This document shows positions 50,256 to 63,818 of a stretch of DNA of 64,000 nucleotides, piece after piece. The stretch covers positions 5,519,794 to 5,583,793 of the forward strand of contig CAVNZM010000010.1 of the NCBI GenBank assembly GCA_963693365.1, read 5' to 3'. Under the pieces are notes generated by a model. That model searched no databases. It was not told the origin of the DNA and was given only the letters and a program-made list of their open reading frames with translations. Source of the stretch: Amoebidium appalachense (Eukaryota; Protista; Ichthyosporea). A program made the translations under genes and the position numbers. Position 1 is the first letter of the stretch; every line of letters begins with the position of its first letter.

Positions 50256-51705
50256 AAATACACACACACACCATCACACACCATCACACACCATCAGGGC
50301 CGCCAATCCCATCTCTCATATCTGCGTGCTATATATGTAGTATGGGCAGGTAAAGAGGCGTTGCCTGGCGGAGGGATTGCACGTGGAGGGGGGGGGAGAG
50401 CTAAGAAATGAAACGAAGGAATGAGACCAAGCATGGATAGAAAGTTAAGAGAGGAATGTGAAGTTGTCTTTTCTTGAGGCCTTCCGCTGTTTTGGTGTGT
50501 AACTTTCCATGTCCATGTGCCGAATCTGACCGGCAGCCATTGCAGAGGGCCAAGAACATGAGTGTTGTGCTTAGGGCCCTTGCTGCTCATGGTGTGTCTG
50601 TGCGTGGGCCGGGCCCAGAGGGCACCGTAACTGAAAGGGACATCGTCACGGGGTATGTAACACACACACATGCACAATATATACTCTCCCACAAGGTCAA
50701 AAAATAGGCTATTCTTTTTTTTTTCCTGTTGTTTTTCTAGCACCTCAATGCATGTATTTTTTTTAAGAAATTTTCTTTTGTTGTTGTTGTCGTTGCCGTT
50801 GCCGTTGTTGTCCACGCCTGTGTATCTGTGTGTGTGTGTGTGTAGGTTGTGCTTGGGGGCACGGGGAAGGGGGGGGGGGGGGGGGGGGGGGCTAGTAGAT
50901 TTGGTGTGTTTGTGAGATTTCTCTTTCTTTCTTTTTTATTCTTATTCCCTCCTGGCTGTTAACTTCTGGCTGTGCAACTAGGTGCATTTTTTGCACCCGG
51001 CAAGTGCATAGGCCATACTAACATGCTTCGGATTGCAGTCATCGGGAACGCACAATGGGTCTGCTGTGGCGGATCATCTACCACTTCCAAGTATAATCCC
51101 CCCCCCCCCCCCCCCCCCCGTCCCCAAGAAGGAAAAACACACACACACACACACACACACACAAATAAACCTGCCCGGTACTTCAGGGCTTAAAAACACG
51201 TGAAAACATATAATCCATATGTGAAGGAAAGACATGGCGAATCACGCATGTTTTAGCGAATCAAATTTAACGATCAGGGTTTGAAAATGAGCATTCTGCT
51301 CTTCATCATAAGCTCTCTCTGTAGCCGCTGCCACTGCCATCCTCTCTCGTCCATTGCCCCCTCCCCCCTCCCCTCCCCTTCCCCCTCCCCCTCCTCCTCC
51401 TACCCCTGCCCTTCTCTGTCGGGAAAGTACAAACCTATTCAGACAATCAAAAGGAAAATACCGACACAATATGGTGTATAAGCAGGATGAAATGCCTGCA
51501 TTCTTATAATGGAAAGCTTAAGTGCATTTCCTCACCCGTGTGTATGTGTGGAGCACAGGTGCAGATGGGGTTGGATCTGCCTCTTCTCTCTGCCGAACTG
51601 TCCCGCTGCAAGAGAGACTATGCACGTAGGAAGGGTCACGAATATGAGGTGGGTGTGCATGGGGCATCTACGTGCTGTGTGGGTGCGTGCGTGTGTGTGT
51701 GTGTG

Positions 51706-51750
<45 letters not shown>

Positions 51751-51956
51751 TGTTCGTGTCACTGCAGGAAAAGCAGCCACCACCACCACCACCCCCCCCC
51801 CCCACACACACACACACACAAAAGCACAAGCAGAAGCACAAGCACACACAAAGGCACAAAAACATCTTCCACCTTCACCCCCTCTCCCTCCCCCCCCCCC
51901 CCCCCCCCTACCCACCCACCCACCCACCCACTTCTGGGCTCTTATCGTCCGCCGCT

Positions 51957-51996
<40 letters not shown>

Positions 51997-52625
51997 CAGG
52001 AACCGGTGGATGCATACGGCAACAGCCAGACACTGTCCTTGCTGCTTCGCTGGTGCCAAGTCATTGGGGCCATGTACGACATGAAGGTGCATGCTACGTG
52101 CATGGGCCTTTTGGGGGGGGGGGGGGGGGGAGGGGGGGGGGTATTTGCTGGTGATGATGTTTGGCATGGGTACGAGATTAGTGTTGGAATACATAGCTCG
52201 GTGTTTATTCTCTGGGCTACAACAAGCATGTACGAGGGTTATTGGGGGAGGGCCAAGGAGGGGGGAGGATGTTGCGTGGCATATAATTTGATACACGTGT
52301 TGTGTGTGTGTGTGTGTGTCTTTCCGTCATATGAGCGTTGTTCAATGTGTCTTTGCAGCGTAAGTAATTATTATTTACACCCAATATGGGAACCCACGTG
52401 CAGGTGGTGAATTTTACGAACTCGTTTTCTGATGGGCGGCTACTGTGCTACATCATCAACTACTACCACCCGGCCATCCTGCCCAAGTCATCGATCCACC
52501 AGGAGACCACGGCAACAACAAAGAAACGTATGTACATTACATATCCTCCCTCCCCCCCCCCCTCCCCCTTCTCTCTTTCTCTCCTTCTCTCTTTCTATGG
52601 CTTCCCCCTCTGAACCCCCCCCCCC

Positions 52626-52656
<31 letters not shown>

Positions 52657-53264
52657 ACCATCCCACTGCGGGCCTGGCTGTGTGAGTGTGTGCCACTCCT
52701 TCTCTGTCCCGGGTTTCCATATCCTGCAACCGACACTCCCTAGGGCTCGAGACTATGTCAGGCTGAGAAAGCGGAATTTTAAAGAGGGTTTCTTTTAGGT
52801 TTTCGGGCCGGGCCGGGTCAGAGGGAGTTCTAGCTATATGATTGGCGTGCTGCGCATCAACTGCGCACCATCGTTTTGCCCGCAGCAAGGTTCAGATGCG
52901 CCATAATACAATAAAAAAGAAAAGGAAAGAGAAAAAAAGAAATAAAAAAGGGAATAACAATAATGAAGTGTTAGAAAGAAAATTGCAGCTCGTATCGTGA
53001 TTTATATGCTGAACAAATGGCTTGACCCGGATGTGCTGGAATGGGGACAATTAATCGGCCTAAAAAAAACCCCCTTTATTGAAAAATACCCGGTTTTATC
53101 GGCTCTTCTCGTCCATCACCCCTTGTAGTAATGGTATAGTCAAAGAAAAATTGACGGTGTTTTTGTCTAGCCCCAGCCACGAAAGCCAAAGAGGAAAAAG
53201 TTGACCCCCGCACGTGGGTGGGTGTCTTCAGTCCCACTACCGGTGTCGACCCTTTCCGGTTAAA

Positions 53265-53295
<31 letters not shown>

Positions 53296-53511
53296 TCCTC
53301 CTCCTCCCCCTTCTCCCCCTCCCACCCCCTCCCGGACACCCACCACAACCACAACCACCATCACACACAAATATATGCGCCTGCGCACACATCACACGAT
53401 GTGCTGCCACATTTTTTTCTTCTTTGTTTCTACTATAGGCTGCCAGTCAATAGCGCATCCAAAATGGCAGGCACACATGGGCGCCCAGACATAGGTCGCC
53501 TCTCAGACCAC

Positions 53512-53572
<61 letters not shown>

Positions 53573-56175
53573 CTGACTGAACTGTCAGCGATCACGCATG
53601 CAATCCTTCTTCCATTGCAAGCCAGTACAACAAATAACAAGACGGAAATGGAAAGCGCTATGGTGCCGGTAGTCTGTAGCACTCCAAAAAAGAAAAAATG
53701 AAAAAAAAAAATACTTCTCGTCGGTCAATCTTAAAAATTCTTGGATAGCTCGAACGGCCTCATCGAGATCTGTCGAATGGCGCAGAGGACCCAAAAAGCG
53801 CCAATTTGACCCCCCGACCTCAGCTGATGACGTCATCAAACCAGCCTAGAGATATCCTTATTATGCCATATATAGATATAGATATAGAGAGTCTATGGAT
53901 ATATATGGGTCTGGAGTTTGACCCCCTGGGGGGTTCTTTATGTTTTCACAAATATTTCAGTTATTTTTGCGAAATTTGGATTTCTGGAAAAAGTTTTACG
54001 GAGAAGTCGACTGCGCTGAGCACATAGAACACCTTATTTTTGTTTTAGCACCCCTCCTTCATTGTGTTCCAAAAAAGCGCCAATTTAGGGTCAATTAGTT
54101 AAAATCTAAATTTTCAAACCAAAATTTCAAAATGTTCCTGTGGTGGCAGCGGTCAAGTGTCCGGATGCATTTAAAGTAGACATCAAGACGGACATTTGAC
54201 GTGTCCATTTCTGAAATATCTCAATTCTATGGGGAGCGACGATCCCTCGGATTGGGGTGATTTTGGGATCTGAAATTGGTGGGCTTCAGAGTACCGGCAC
54301 TATATGTTGCAGTTCACAATCATGTATAATGGCTTGGATTGGCAAAAAGCTATTTTTAGCACATCGCTGGTTAGAACTTTTACAGGGTTAGAGTAGTGCA
54401 TTGAGTGAGCAACACCCCCCCCCCCCCCCCCCCCCCCCTTCTTTCCCCGCGCGCCACCCCCTCCCCGCCCCATCTCTTTCCTCCTGTGATACCGACAGAA
54501 TACAAAGAGGACGGTCACAGTATACGCATTCTAATAGGGCTCTAATCATATTCTAATGTGCCGATATTCCACACAGAAAAAAGCTTCTGAGCAATGAGAA
54601 GGCAAACTTCCAGCTGGCTGCTGCAAAGGTATTCCCCGCCCCTTCCCCCCCCCCCCCCCCCCCCCACCCACCCACCCACCCACCCTCTTCCCTCTTCTCC
54701 ACGACAATAACATCCCAACCGCATGGGCCGAGGGAGTGCATATTTCATATGTAACATTTAGCGATTGCCTTCTTGCACACCCCTCAAATATTTACACAAA
54801 CAAAAGCAGTGTTTCCGAGAGGTTTGCAGGGCACAGCACAAAGCGTAGAAGGAAAAGAAAGTTGAGCTGGAAAAAAGTCGAGGTGGGATGGGGGGGGGGG
54901 GGGGGGGCCTTGTATCTGCGCCATTTCCACCAAAAAACCTATGGTGAATAAGGACGAAGCCATCTACACAAGCAAAAGAAACCTGGCTTTATATGTATTA
55001 TTTATATTAACGGCAAAGCATATGCATATGGAAAAATTAACCCATGCTGTTACTTTTTCAGGTGATGGAAATTGATGGTGTGCCGCCGATGGTGAACGGG
55101 GGGCAGGTGCCAGAGCAGCTGATGGTGTCGTTTGTGTCCCATTTGTGCTCCCGCCTGATTCTGATTGGAAGGGAGGCACGTGCTGCTACAAAGATCCAAC
55201 GCTGGTATGTTTCCTCACCCTCCGTATCTCTCTCCTTCACGTTTGCACGTGTGTCTGTCTGTCATCACTCTACTCCTGTGATGTTTTTTTTCTCTAGTCC
55301 TCCCCCCATCTTCTTCCCCCTTGCACGTTTGTTTGTCTGCCTGTCTGTCTGTCTGTCTGTTTGTCATCCTTCTCCCCCTCCGGTATTCCTCTTCTCAAGT
55401 CACCTCCATTTTCCCCTACTGGTATGCAACCCATCATCCTGAGATTAGTTGTGACATGTATGTATTATGCTTCATATTGCATGACAGAAACAAACAGGCA
55501 GGACCTTGGTTGGAGGTATCAAGCCACACAAGTCACCCTTTTTTATGCTCTTGTTTCTTAGACATGTTCATTTGCTTCAAAACCCATGACCCACATATGC
55601 ACCCATGTCCATATTTAGACATTGGTATGCACTCTATGCACCTTGGCATTCACTGTGTTTACCTTGGTATTCACTGTGTGCACCTTGGCATTCACTGTGT
55701 GCGCCTTGGCATTCAATATGTGCACCTTCGTATTCGGTGTGTTTACCTTGGTATTCACTGTGTGCACCTTGGTATTCACTGTGTGCGCCTTGGCATTCAA
55801 TATGTGCACCTTCGTATTCAGTGTGTTTACCTTGGTATTCAGTGTGTTTACCTTGGTACTCACTGTGTTTATCTTGGTATTCACTGTGTGCGCCTTGGTA
55901 TTCACTGTGTGCGCCTTGGCATTCAATATGTGCACCTTCGTATTCAGTGTGTTTACCTTGGTATTCACTGTGTGCACCTTGGTATTCACTGTGTGCATGC
56001 AGGTGGAGGCAGCATGCATTCCATCTGCTGGGCCAGGAGGCAGCCAGGGAGCACCAGGCAGCCAAACGGATCGCTGCGCTCTACCGGGGCTTCAAAGCAC
56101 GCAGGGCATATGCTAGGATCAGGGCCGTGGCAGTCATCTCCCGCGCATGGGTTGCTCATACGGTAACACACACAT

Positions 56176-56217
<42 letters not shown>

Positions 56218-56239
56218 AGACACTCGCACGCGCGCGCGC

Positions 56240-56282
<43 letters not shown>

Positions 56283-56596
56283 GTGGCCAGGCAACATCAG
56301 GCCAAACACACATGCCGGCTGCCGTTGTCTGTATCACGATAGTACCCCGTGACAAAATTGGAAAGCAACCACACACACAACACGGCCCACTTCCTTGCTC
56401 AGCCAAAAGTTGCGGTGGTAATTATGTGCCGTAACGTCTGCTCTTAATTAATTGCTCCCTGCTATATACCTTCCCAGGGCAATGCATCATACTTTTTTTC
56501 ACTTTTTTTTCCCCTTAGTCGTCTTTCATTTTTTTATAGTTATTATTCATGATATTTTATTTTATTTAATGCTAAATTCATCTTTTTGATTTTGAT

Positions 56597-56628
<32 letters not shown>

Positions 56629-57073
56629 CAAATGTGGGTACATGCGAGAACATTCCAAGAAAATTTGCCACTATTTGAACTGACTGTTTTTATGTAACAG
56701 ACTCAACGGGAGGTGTTTACTGCGTTTGGTATGTGCTCCTTCTCCCCATCTACTTACCTACCCTTTTGTCACCCCTATTGCACCAATGCCATAGACACAC
56801 GCAGGCACACAGAAACACATACCACACAACCACTGCCATCATTGCCATTAAACGAACTCTCATTCCTCCACATACTACTCCCATGCATGCTTCTCCTAAA
56901 TGAGGTTTTTTTTTACCAAAGCTGCTTCCCTGTTTTTTATTGTGGCAATGGCTGAAGGAGCAGGGAGGGGGGGGGGGGGGGGGGGGTTGAAGGACACACG
57001 TGGGAAGAAAAGCTGTTAAAGTTTGTAGGCGGCGGGTGTGAATTCACAGCATCTCCTCTCAGAAATGCCCACG

Positions 57074-57107
<34 letters not shown>

Positions 57108-57152
57108 TCCTCTAATAAAAAAAAAGGAATAAAGAAAAAAAAAGGAAGAAGA

Positions 57153-57191
<39 letters not shown>

Positions 57192-57687
57192 CTCACTTTC
57201 TGCTTCCTTGATCGGGTTCTTTTAAAGGTTTGCTGTGCTGATAGAGCTGGTAAATGCTGTTTTCTATTGTGGCCCCCACGAAAAGGCTTTTTCACTACTT
57301 TCCACGTGTCTTTTTCTTTTTCTTTTTTGTGTTCGTTGGTGTCTGCACTATTACTAAGGTAGATTATGGGGCCTGGGGCAGCACGCGAATGGGAGGCGTC
57401 CATTGTGCTACAGACATGTGTGCGTGGCTTCTTGGCCCGCAAGCAAGCACAGACAAGATACGCAGCGGTTCTTACTCTCCAGGTATCCCCCCCCCCCCCC
57501 CCCCCCCAAAAATAAAAAAATAAAAAAGAAGAAGAAGGAGAAGGAGAAGAAGAAGAAAAGAAAAGAAAAAGAGTAAAGAAACACAACACACGCACACACA
57601 CACACACACACACATCCCTCATCCCCCATCCCCAATCCATCCCTCCCCTCCCCTCCCCGCCCCCCCCCCCTCCCCCTCCAAACACAT

Positions 57688-57722
<35 letters not shown>

Positions 57723-59000
57723 ACGCACACGTACACACACAGGGTGGCGGGGGCAGACCCAAAACAGTAATATGGCTGCCATCCAGATGTGTAGTAGCAT
57801 GGATATGTATTCATATGTGCACTATGTTTACATGGCTGACTGCTCCGGGCGTTGATTAAAGGGGGGAAGAATGTGTGTGTGTGTGTTTGGGTGTGGGGGG
57901 GGGGGGGGGGGGGGGGGGAGGAGGGGGCTCAGGTGATGTTGAGAATTTGGAATTTTGTAAGAGCATAGAATGATCCCATATACTTTTGTATGAGAACCAT
58001 TAGAAACATGGAGCATTGAAAGAAAAAACACCGGTTTTTGACATGCTTCTTATGCAGAGGGTTGTGAGGGGGCACCTTGGGCGCATGCAATACCGTCGTC
58101 TTGTTGCCGCACGGCAAACTGTGGTTTCGTGGCTGCATGCTGTGGTCAGTGTGCGGAGACAGAGGGCCACATTCCAGGTATGCAAACAATGAATATGATT
58201 TTTGTGTGTGGAGTCTGTTGAAGAAGGATTTATTTATTTTTTTGCAATGGGGGAAAGAAAGAGTGATGTGCAGATGTTTTATTTGGTCATTTGGTGATGT
58301 GCAACGTCGTGTTGTTTGCGTCAAGGGATATTTCTGCGACACACACACCACGGGGCTGTGGTCAAATGTTTTATTCGATGCTAATAGCCTGATGTGTCAT
58401 CGAATAGTGCTAATAGTGTAGCCTTAGTAGCTTCGCGTACGAACCTAGCATCCCCCATGGGCTGGAGTCGAAAGGGTGTGCCATAATGGTCTTTATTTAC
58501 ATAATTTACGCCTGCCAGTTGTCTAATATAGTTTTTTAGTGTAAAAGAGTGCTATCTATCCCACCCTTTATCCACCCCTTTTCCACATGTGCACACTAAC
58601 ACGTGCACACATACACACACACGTGCACACACGCACACACACACACACACACACACAGCACCACGTACACATGTCAGGGTGAGAAACCGAACCAGCACAT
58701 AGACAACCAACAACTCACGAAATGCCACACTCACGTACCTCACTTTTTTCCCCTTCTTTTTTCAATTTCCATATGCATTGCAGATGCAGAAAGCAGCGTG
58801 CATATACATTCAATCGTGGTGGCGCATGGTCAGGGCAGTGCGTACCTACCACCACACACTGGGCTGTGTGGTGGTGCTACAGGCGGCTGTGAGGGGCATG
58901 CTGGTGCGTAGGTGGATGGATACCTGCCACCATGCTGCTGCTATAATACAGAGGTATGTGCCAACCCCAACACATACACACACACAAAGAGGGGGGGGGC

Positions 59001-59044
<44 letters not shown>

Positions 59045-59085
59045 TGTCTTGTTGTCTTTGCCCTGATGCGATTTTTTTTTTTTTT

Positions 59086-59116
<31 letters not shown>

Positions 59117-59449
59117 GGATACCGGGGATAATTAACAGCAAAAGATACACGCCAGAAACCACTAATTTGCATCCTGTGCTTTTTTCGCACTTATTTCAAC
59201 CCCCATTCGTCGTATACCCTCTCGCCTCACAAACCACCCACTAGGGCCTATCGTCTCCACCAAGTCAACCGCCGGTGGTCGGCGGCTGTGAGAATCCAAA
59301 GTGCCTGGAGGGGGTATGCGGCATGTGCACTGTACAGGGGTGTACGTGACAGGGTCATATGCCTGCAGGCACATGCACGTGGGTGTCTCGTGCGGAGACA
59401 TGTGGCTGTGCAGAACGCTGCGGCCTCTGTTATACAGAGGTGGGTGGAT

Positions 59450-59487
<38 letters not shown>

Positions 59488-59685
59488 TGGGAGGGGAAGG
59501 GGACAACTGTGTCTTGTTTTCCATCGTGTCGATTTGAGGTTTGGACGGATGACACCTGTACGGGATGCTAACAGGAGTGTCATAGGGGTGGTGGAGCAAA
59601 AATTGTGCTGGTGCATTCTAAAAGTGCACGTATCTCACCTATTGCAACAAATATGAAATTTGTCTCTGTACCAAACTTTTTTCTT

Positions 59686-59722
<37 letters not shown>

Positions 59723-59941
59723 AGCCGTGTGAGGTGCATGCAGGCGCGGCAAAGATATCTTCATCAGCGTCAGAGTACCGTGTGCATCCAGGCCTGGTGG
59801 CGTGGCACCATGCAGAGGAGGCGCTACCAAGCAGCTGTTGGGGCCGTAGTGGGCCTGCAGGCATGGGCAAAGGGCTGCCTGACCAGACATATGCTCTATG
59901 TGTCCCATCTGGCTGCAGCTACTATCCAGGGGTGGGTGCTT

Positions 59942-60018
<77 letters not shown>

Positions 60019-60429
60019 GTCGGGTGGGGGGGTGGGGGGGTAAAAGCATTGTGTATGTGGTTGAGAGGGTGCTTGGATGTAGCTCGCGGTATGGAAAGGG
60101 ACTGGAGATTGAGCAGTTTAGTGCCGAAGTGTGACAAGAAGAAAGGAGCAACCAATATCCCACTACACGAAAGCACGCTTCCCAAAAAAGAAAGTTGTGG
60201 TTGTGGTTATTATTGTCCTCTTGTGTAGAATGAATGACCTTGTTTACGTCAAGCCACGATATAGACCAGACCCCCCTTACACACGTACACACACAAACAC
60301 ACCCACACACACCGCCCCCCTCTACCCACCCAACCAGCAAGTCACCGGTCAGTGCTAATAACTGATAATGTTACCTTTGGTGATTAGGCACCCACTGTTC
60401 TCCTTCCCCCCCCCCCCCCCCCCCCCCCC

Positions 60430-60490
<61 letters not shown>

Positions 60491-60813
60491 AGCTATATTA
60501 AAATAAAAATAAAAATGAACAAAAAAATCAGAAGAGTTGACATGCCCTGGCTGTTGTTGCTACAATCTGACACATGAATACATCACAGGCAGTGGCACAC
60601 GTACGTTGCACGTCAGAACTTCAAGCTCATGCGCTATGCCGCAGTGCGTGTGCAAGCGTGGTGGCGGGGGGTTCAAGCAAGAGGCAGGGTGCAAGCAGCA
60701 AGGGGAGAGGTGGTGTTGCTGCAGGCGGTGTGTAGATCTTGGCTGGCACGGGCTGAGATGAAGGTGTATGTGCACACTGTGGTGTCCATGCAGAGGTGGG
60801 TATCCCCCCCCCC

Positions 60814-60861
<48 letters not shown>

Positions 60862-60977
60862 CCTCCCCCCACCAACTCTCTTTTTCTTCCCCTCCCCCCA
60901 CCACCACCAAACAGACCAAAATGTATCTCAGGCACACATGCCTCCCATTTTGCCGCTTGCCACCCACACATACACAT

Positions 60978-61046
<69 letters not shown>

Positions 61047-61510
61047 CAGACACAACTCACACGCAAATACACACACTATCATCACGAACCCACACCAATC
61101 CCTTCCCTTTTCTCACCTTCTCCAGTCCCTCTCTATGCACATCTCTGTCTCAGTCAAACACAAACATCCTTTATTCACTAACCTAACCCTACGCTTTCCT
61201 TTTCCATTTCAATTTCAGGCGGTTCCGCGGTATTCTTATTCGTCGGCAACATCAACACGAAGTCAGCAGTGTGGTGCGGGTGCAGGCCTGGTGGCGTATG
61301 GCCACTGTGCGCATGAGATATGTGCGGTTGGTGGCTGCTGTGACTTCACTGCAGGCACGTGCACGTGGGCACATGGTGAGGGTGGAGGTGGAAATTAGCC
61401 GCATGGCTGCTACTAGAATACAGAGGTATGGGTTTGGCACAGAGGGATGCATGTGTGTACGGGTACATACACAGGCACGTGCACGGCCACGTGCACACAT
61501 ACACACACAG

Positions 61511-61547
<37 letters not shown>

Positions 61548-62446
61548 GGCACACCATCACCGCCTTTCATACTTTATTTCTTGCACTCTCGGCAACCACG
61601 TGGCACGCATTTTCCTTACCGGCTGCCTGGTTGGTGCTTGTTTACGGTCTGGGGCAGAGAGGCCAAGTTTAAATGGTTGGATCCCATAACGAGAGATGAT
61701 TTTTCTTGGGTTCTGTGAGCGCTGGTGGTTAGGGGGTCGAGGGGAATAGGGGGGGGTGGGGAGGGTTGATCTTTTGAACACCTTTTGGGTTCGACGGTAA
61801 GGAACCGAACTGTGAACCTGACTGGAATATCTCTCACTTCCCTCTCTTTCTCTCTCTTTTGAACACACACTCTCTCTCCCCGATCTTTTCTTCTCCCACC
61901 TCACCCTACCACCGCCACCGCCACCACCCCTCTCCTCCTCCTCCCCCTGGTGCACACGTGCGCACGTGCGCACGGTCCACACACACACACACACACACAC
62001 ACACCACAGGTGGTACTTCACGCACAAGCAGAAACAGGTGTTCGTACTGCAGAGGCAGGCAGCCGTGTGCATGCAGGCATGGTGGAGGGGCACTGTACAG
62101 AGACACACGTACGTGCGTGTGTACATGGCGGTGCTGGGAGTGCAGGCATGTGCACGTGGGTGGATGGCAAGAAGGAGGTTGGGCCTGGAGATGCTGGCTG
62201 CCACAATCATACAGAGGTGTGTGTGTGTGTGTGTGTGTTTTCTAGAGGAGGGGGGGAGGGGGAGGGGAGGGGCTGCTGGACAGACATAATTTGAATGATG
62301 AAAGATACATTTACTATCACTAGTGTGTGAGGGGACGGCTTTGGAATCCCTCCCCCCCCCCCCCCCCCCCCCCCCCTGGAGTGGTGAGGAATGCATTATA
62401 TACCCAGAAAGGCAACTTGATATGCTTGCAGTCCTTGGAGATAACT

Positions 62447-62484
<38 letters not shown>

Positions 62485-62840
62485 TGCAGCCGCTACAAGG
62501 GATACATGGATCGTCGGCGCTTCATGTACACCCGTTCCTGTGCTGTGCGCATTCAATCGTGGTGGCGCTGCCAGCGTGCCGCAAGGACATATTCTACACA
62601 GCGCACTGCTGTTGTGCGCATGCAGGCGCTGTGCAGAGGGTATCTGGTCAGGCGGGATATGGCTGTTAGGCACATGGCTGCGACAATTATTCAGAGGTAA
62701 GACTATTAATCCCCCCCCCCCCCCCCCCCCCCTCCCTCCCTTCCCTCCCATTCACAGAAAAGAAACGAAAAATGCCAAGGGGAAGGAAGGAAAAAATCCA
62801 CCCACCCACCCAACATCATTCATTCGGACGCACGCCAACG

Positions 62841-62894
<54 letters not shown>

Positions 62895-63014
62895 AACATC
62901 ATGAACTTCTTTTTTCTCTCCATTTTGAGCCCGCAGACGCAAGAAAAAGAGAAACACCTTACAAACTCTCATCCCCACATACACCCCTCAGACTCACCAT
63001 TGCTTGCAGGCAGT

Positions 63015-63063
<49 letters not shown>

Positions 63064-63179
63064 ACCCCACCCACCCAACTCCCCACTCCCCCTCCCACTG
63101 ACACAAACAATCACACACTCACACTCATGCTCGACAAAAACCATCCACGGAGGTGGCATGTGGGGCCACACCACGTGGC

Positions 63180-63226
<47 letters not shown>

Positions 63227-63652
63227 ACGCACACGCACACGCACACGCAGCCGTATTCGAGGCCACCAGCGGCGCCAGGCCTATCTCCACACCCTCTCTG
63301 CCGTCATCACCATCCAGGCCCATGCTCGGGCAGCTATCCAGCGGAGGGCATTCTGCCGCCTAAGAACCGGGGTGTTGTGTCTCCAGGGCAGATTCCGTCT
63401 ACGCCTTCAGTAACCCCCCTCCCCCTCCTTGCCCCACCACCACCACCACCACCACCACATACACACACAGACCGGGGGGGGGAAGGGGAGGGGGGGGGGG
63501 GGAGGGGGGCATACGCACAAATGAAACCACCCACGCACGCTTCCCCCCCCGGCCCAAAGGTATTAATGATAATGCTACTCAACCTCACACTTAATCTCAC
63601 ACTCACACACGAAAATAATTTATTCAATGACTCACTCACGCACCCACACTCA

Positions 63653-63704
<52 letters not shown>

Positions 63705-63818
63705 CAAGCAGCAGACGTCTGCCGCACACATGCATGCCCGTCAGCAACATCATGCGGCTATCCGTATCCAGTCTGCATATAGAGGCTGGATGGCACGCCG
63801 CCAGGCAGATGCCCTCAG
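39514..63818 (+). CDS. ASPM: Abnormal spindle-like microcephaly-associated protein (ASH + CH domains + IQ array), multi-exon, continues beyond window
   Basis: Exons joined in frame: 39514-39786, 40506-40556, 41303-41386, 41807-41851, 42364-42420, 42993-43052, 43646-43715, 44053-44088, 44569-44612, 45105-45189, 45569-45663, 46057-46173, 46836-46913, 47399-47494, 47945-48064, 48381-48446, 48982-49078, 49814-49983, 50546-50652, 51039-51090, 51559-51648, 52000-52086, 52404-52527, 53171-53258, 54577-54628, 55062-55204, 56003-56162, 56701-56728, 57382-57482, 58058-58177, 58784-58953, 59245-59439, 59725-59931, 60589-60795, 61219-61425, 62010-62216, 62490-62696, 63251-63409, 63705-63818. Motifs: ASH (FSKTPWVDFGNV...VHNP), GFVNWLNHIL, YNPWWLRLGL, DDPCLF, GEGDVVKH, NLALDLRDG, GHRERTMGLLWRII, NFTNSFSDGRLLCYIINYYHP, many IQxxxRG. 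Exons in the low-complexity linker (42-45 kb) are less certain. Confidence 0.94.
43224..43587. mobile_element. MITE-like element in an ASPM intron
   Basis: ~50-bp imperfect terminal inverted repeats: GTAATAGACACATTTTACGATAACACA... and ...TGTGTTATAATAAAATGTGTCAATTAC. AT-rich, non-coding. Confidence 0.7.
44092..44239. repeat. Small foldback element
   Basis: ACTAGT...GGTTACGAAGG inverted against CCTTCATAACCACTAGT; inner GTAATCGA / TCGATTAC. Confidence 0.45.
49268..49800. repeat. Tandem duplication of a ~165-bp unit plus (CTT)n tail, period ~213 bp
   Basis: TTTGCTGGCATGAGGTCGATTTTAGATCAA...TAACCACGTCTTTT occurs twice with a few substitutions, each copy followed by CTT repeats. Confidence 0.9.
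52748..53111. mobile_element. Degenerate MITE-like / foldback element in an ASPM intron
   Basis: TAAAGAGGGTTTCTTTTAGG (52780-52799) is inverted against CCTAAAAAAAACCCCCTTTA (53059-53078); inner pair CCGGGTCA / TGACCCGG. Confidence 0.5.
53590..54400. mobile_element. Probable DNA-transposon relic in an ASPM intron
   Basis: Microsatellite-free non-coding block with repeated CCAAAAAGCGCCAATTT (~53791, ~54069) and TTTGACCCCC motifs. No ORF or clear termini. Confidence 0.3.
55620..55998. repeat. 21-bp minisatellite, about 17-18 copies
   Basis: Unit CCTTGGTATTCACTGTGTGCA with recurring variants; ends at the acceptor of exon 56003. Confidence 0.95.

Noticed and set aside
55620-55998. CRISPR-like array
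   Set aside because: Contiguous tandem units with no unique spacers, eukaryotic context, no cas genes.
55321-56166. Heptad Cys/His repeat proteins (LGIHCVH, GAHSEYQ)
   Set aside because: Translations of the 21-bp intronic minisatellite; ASPM exons join in frame across it.
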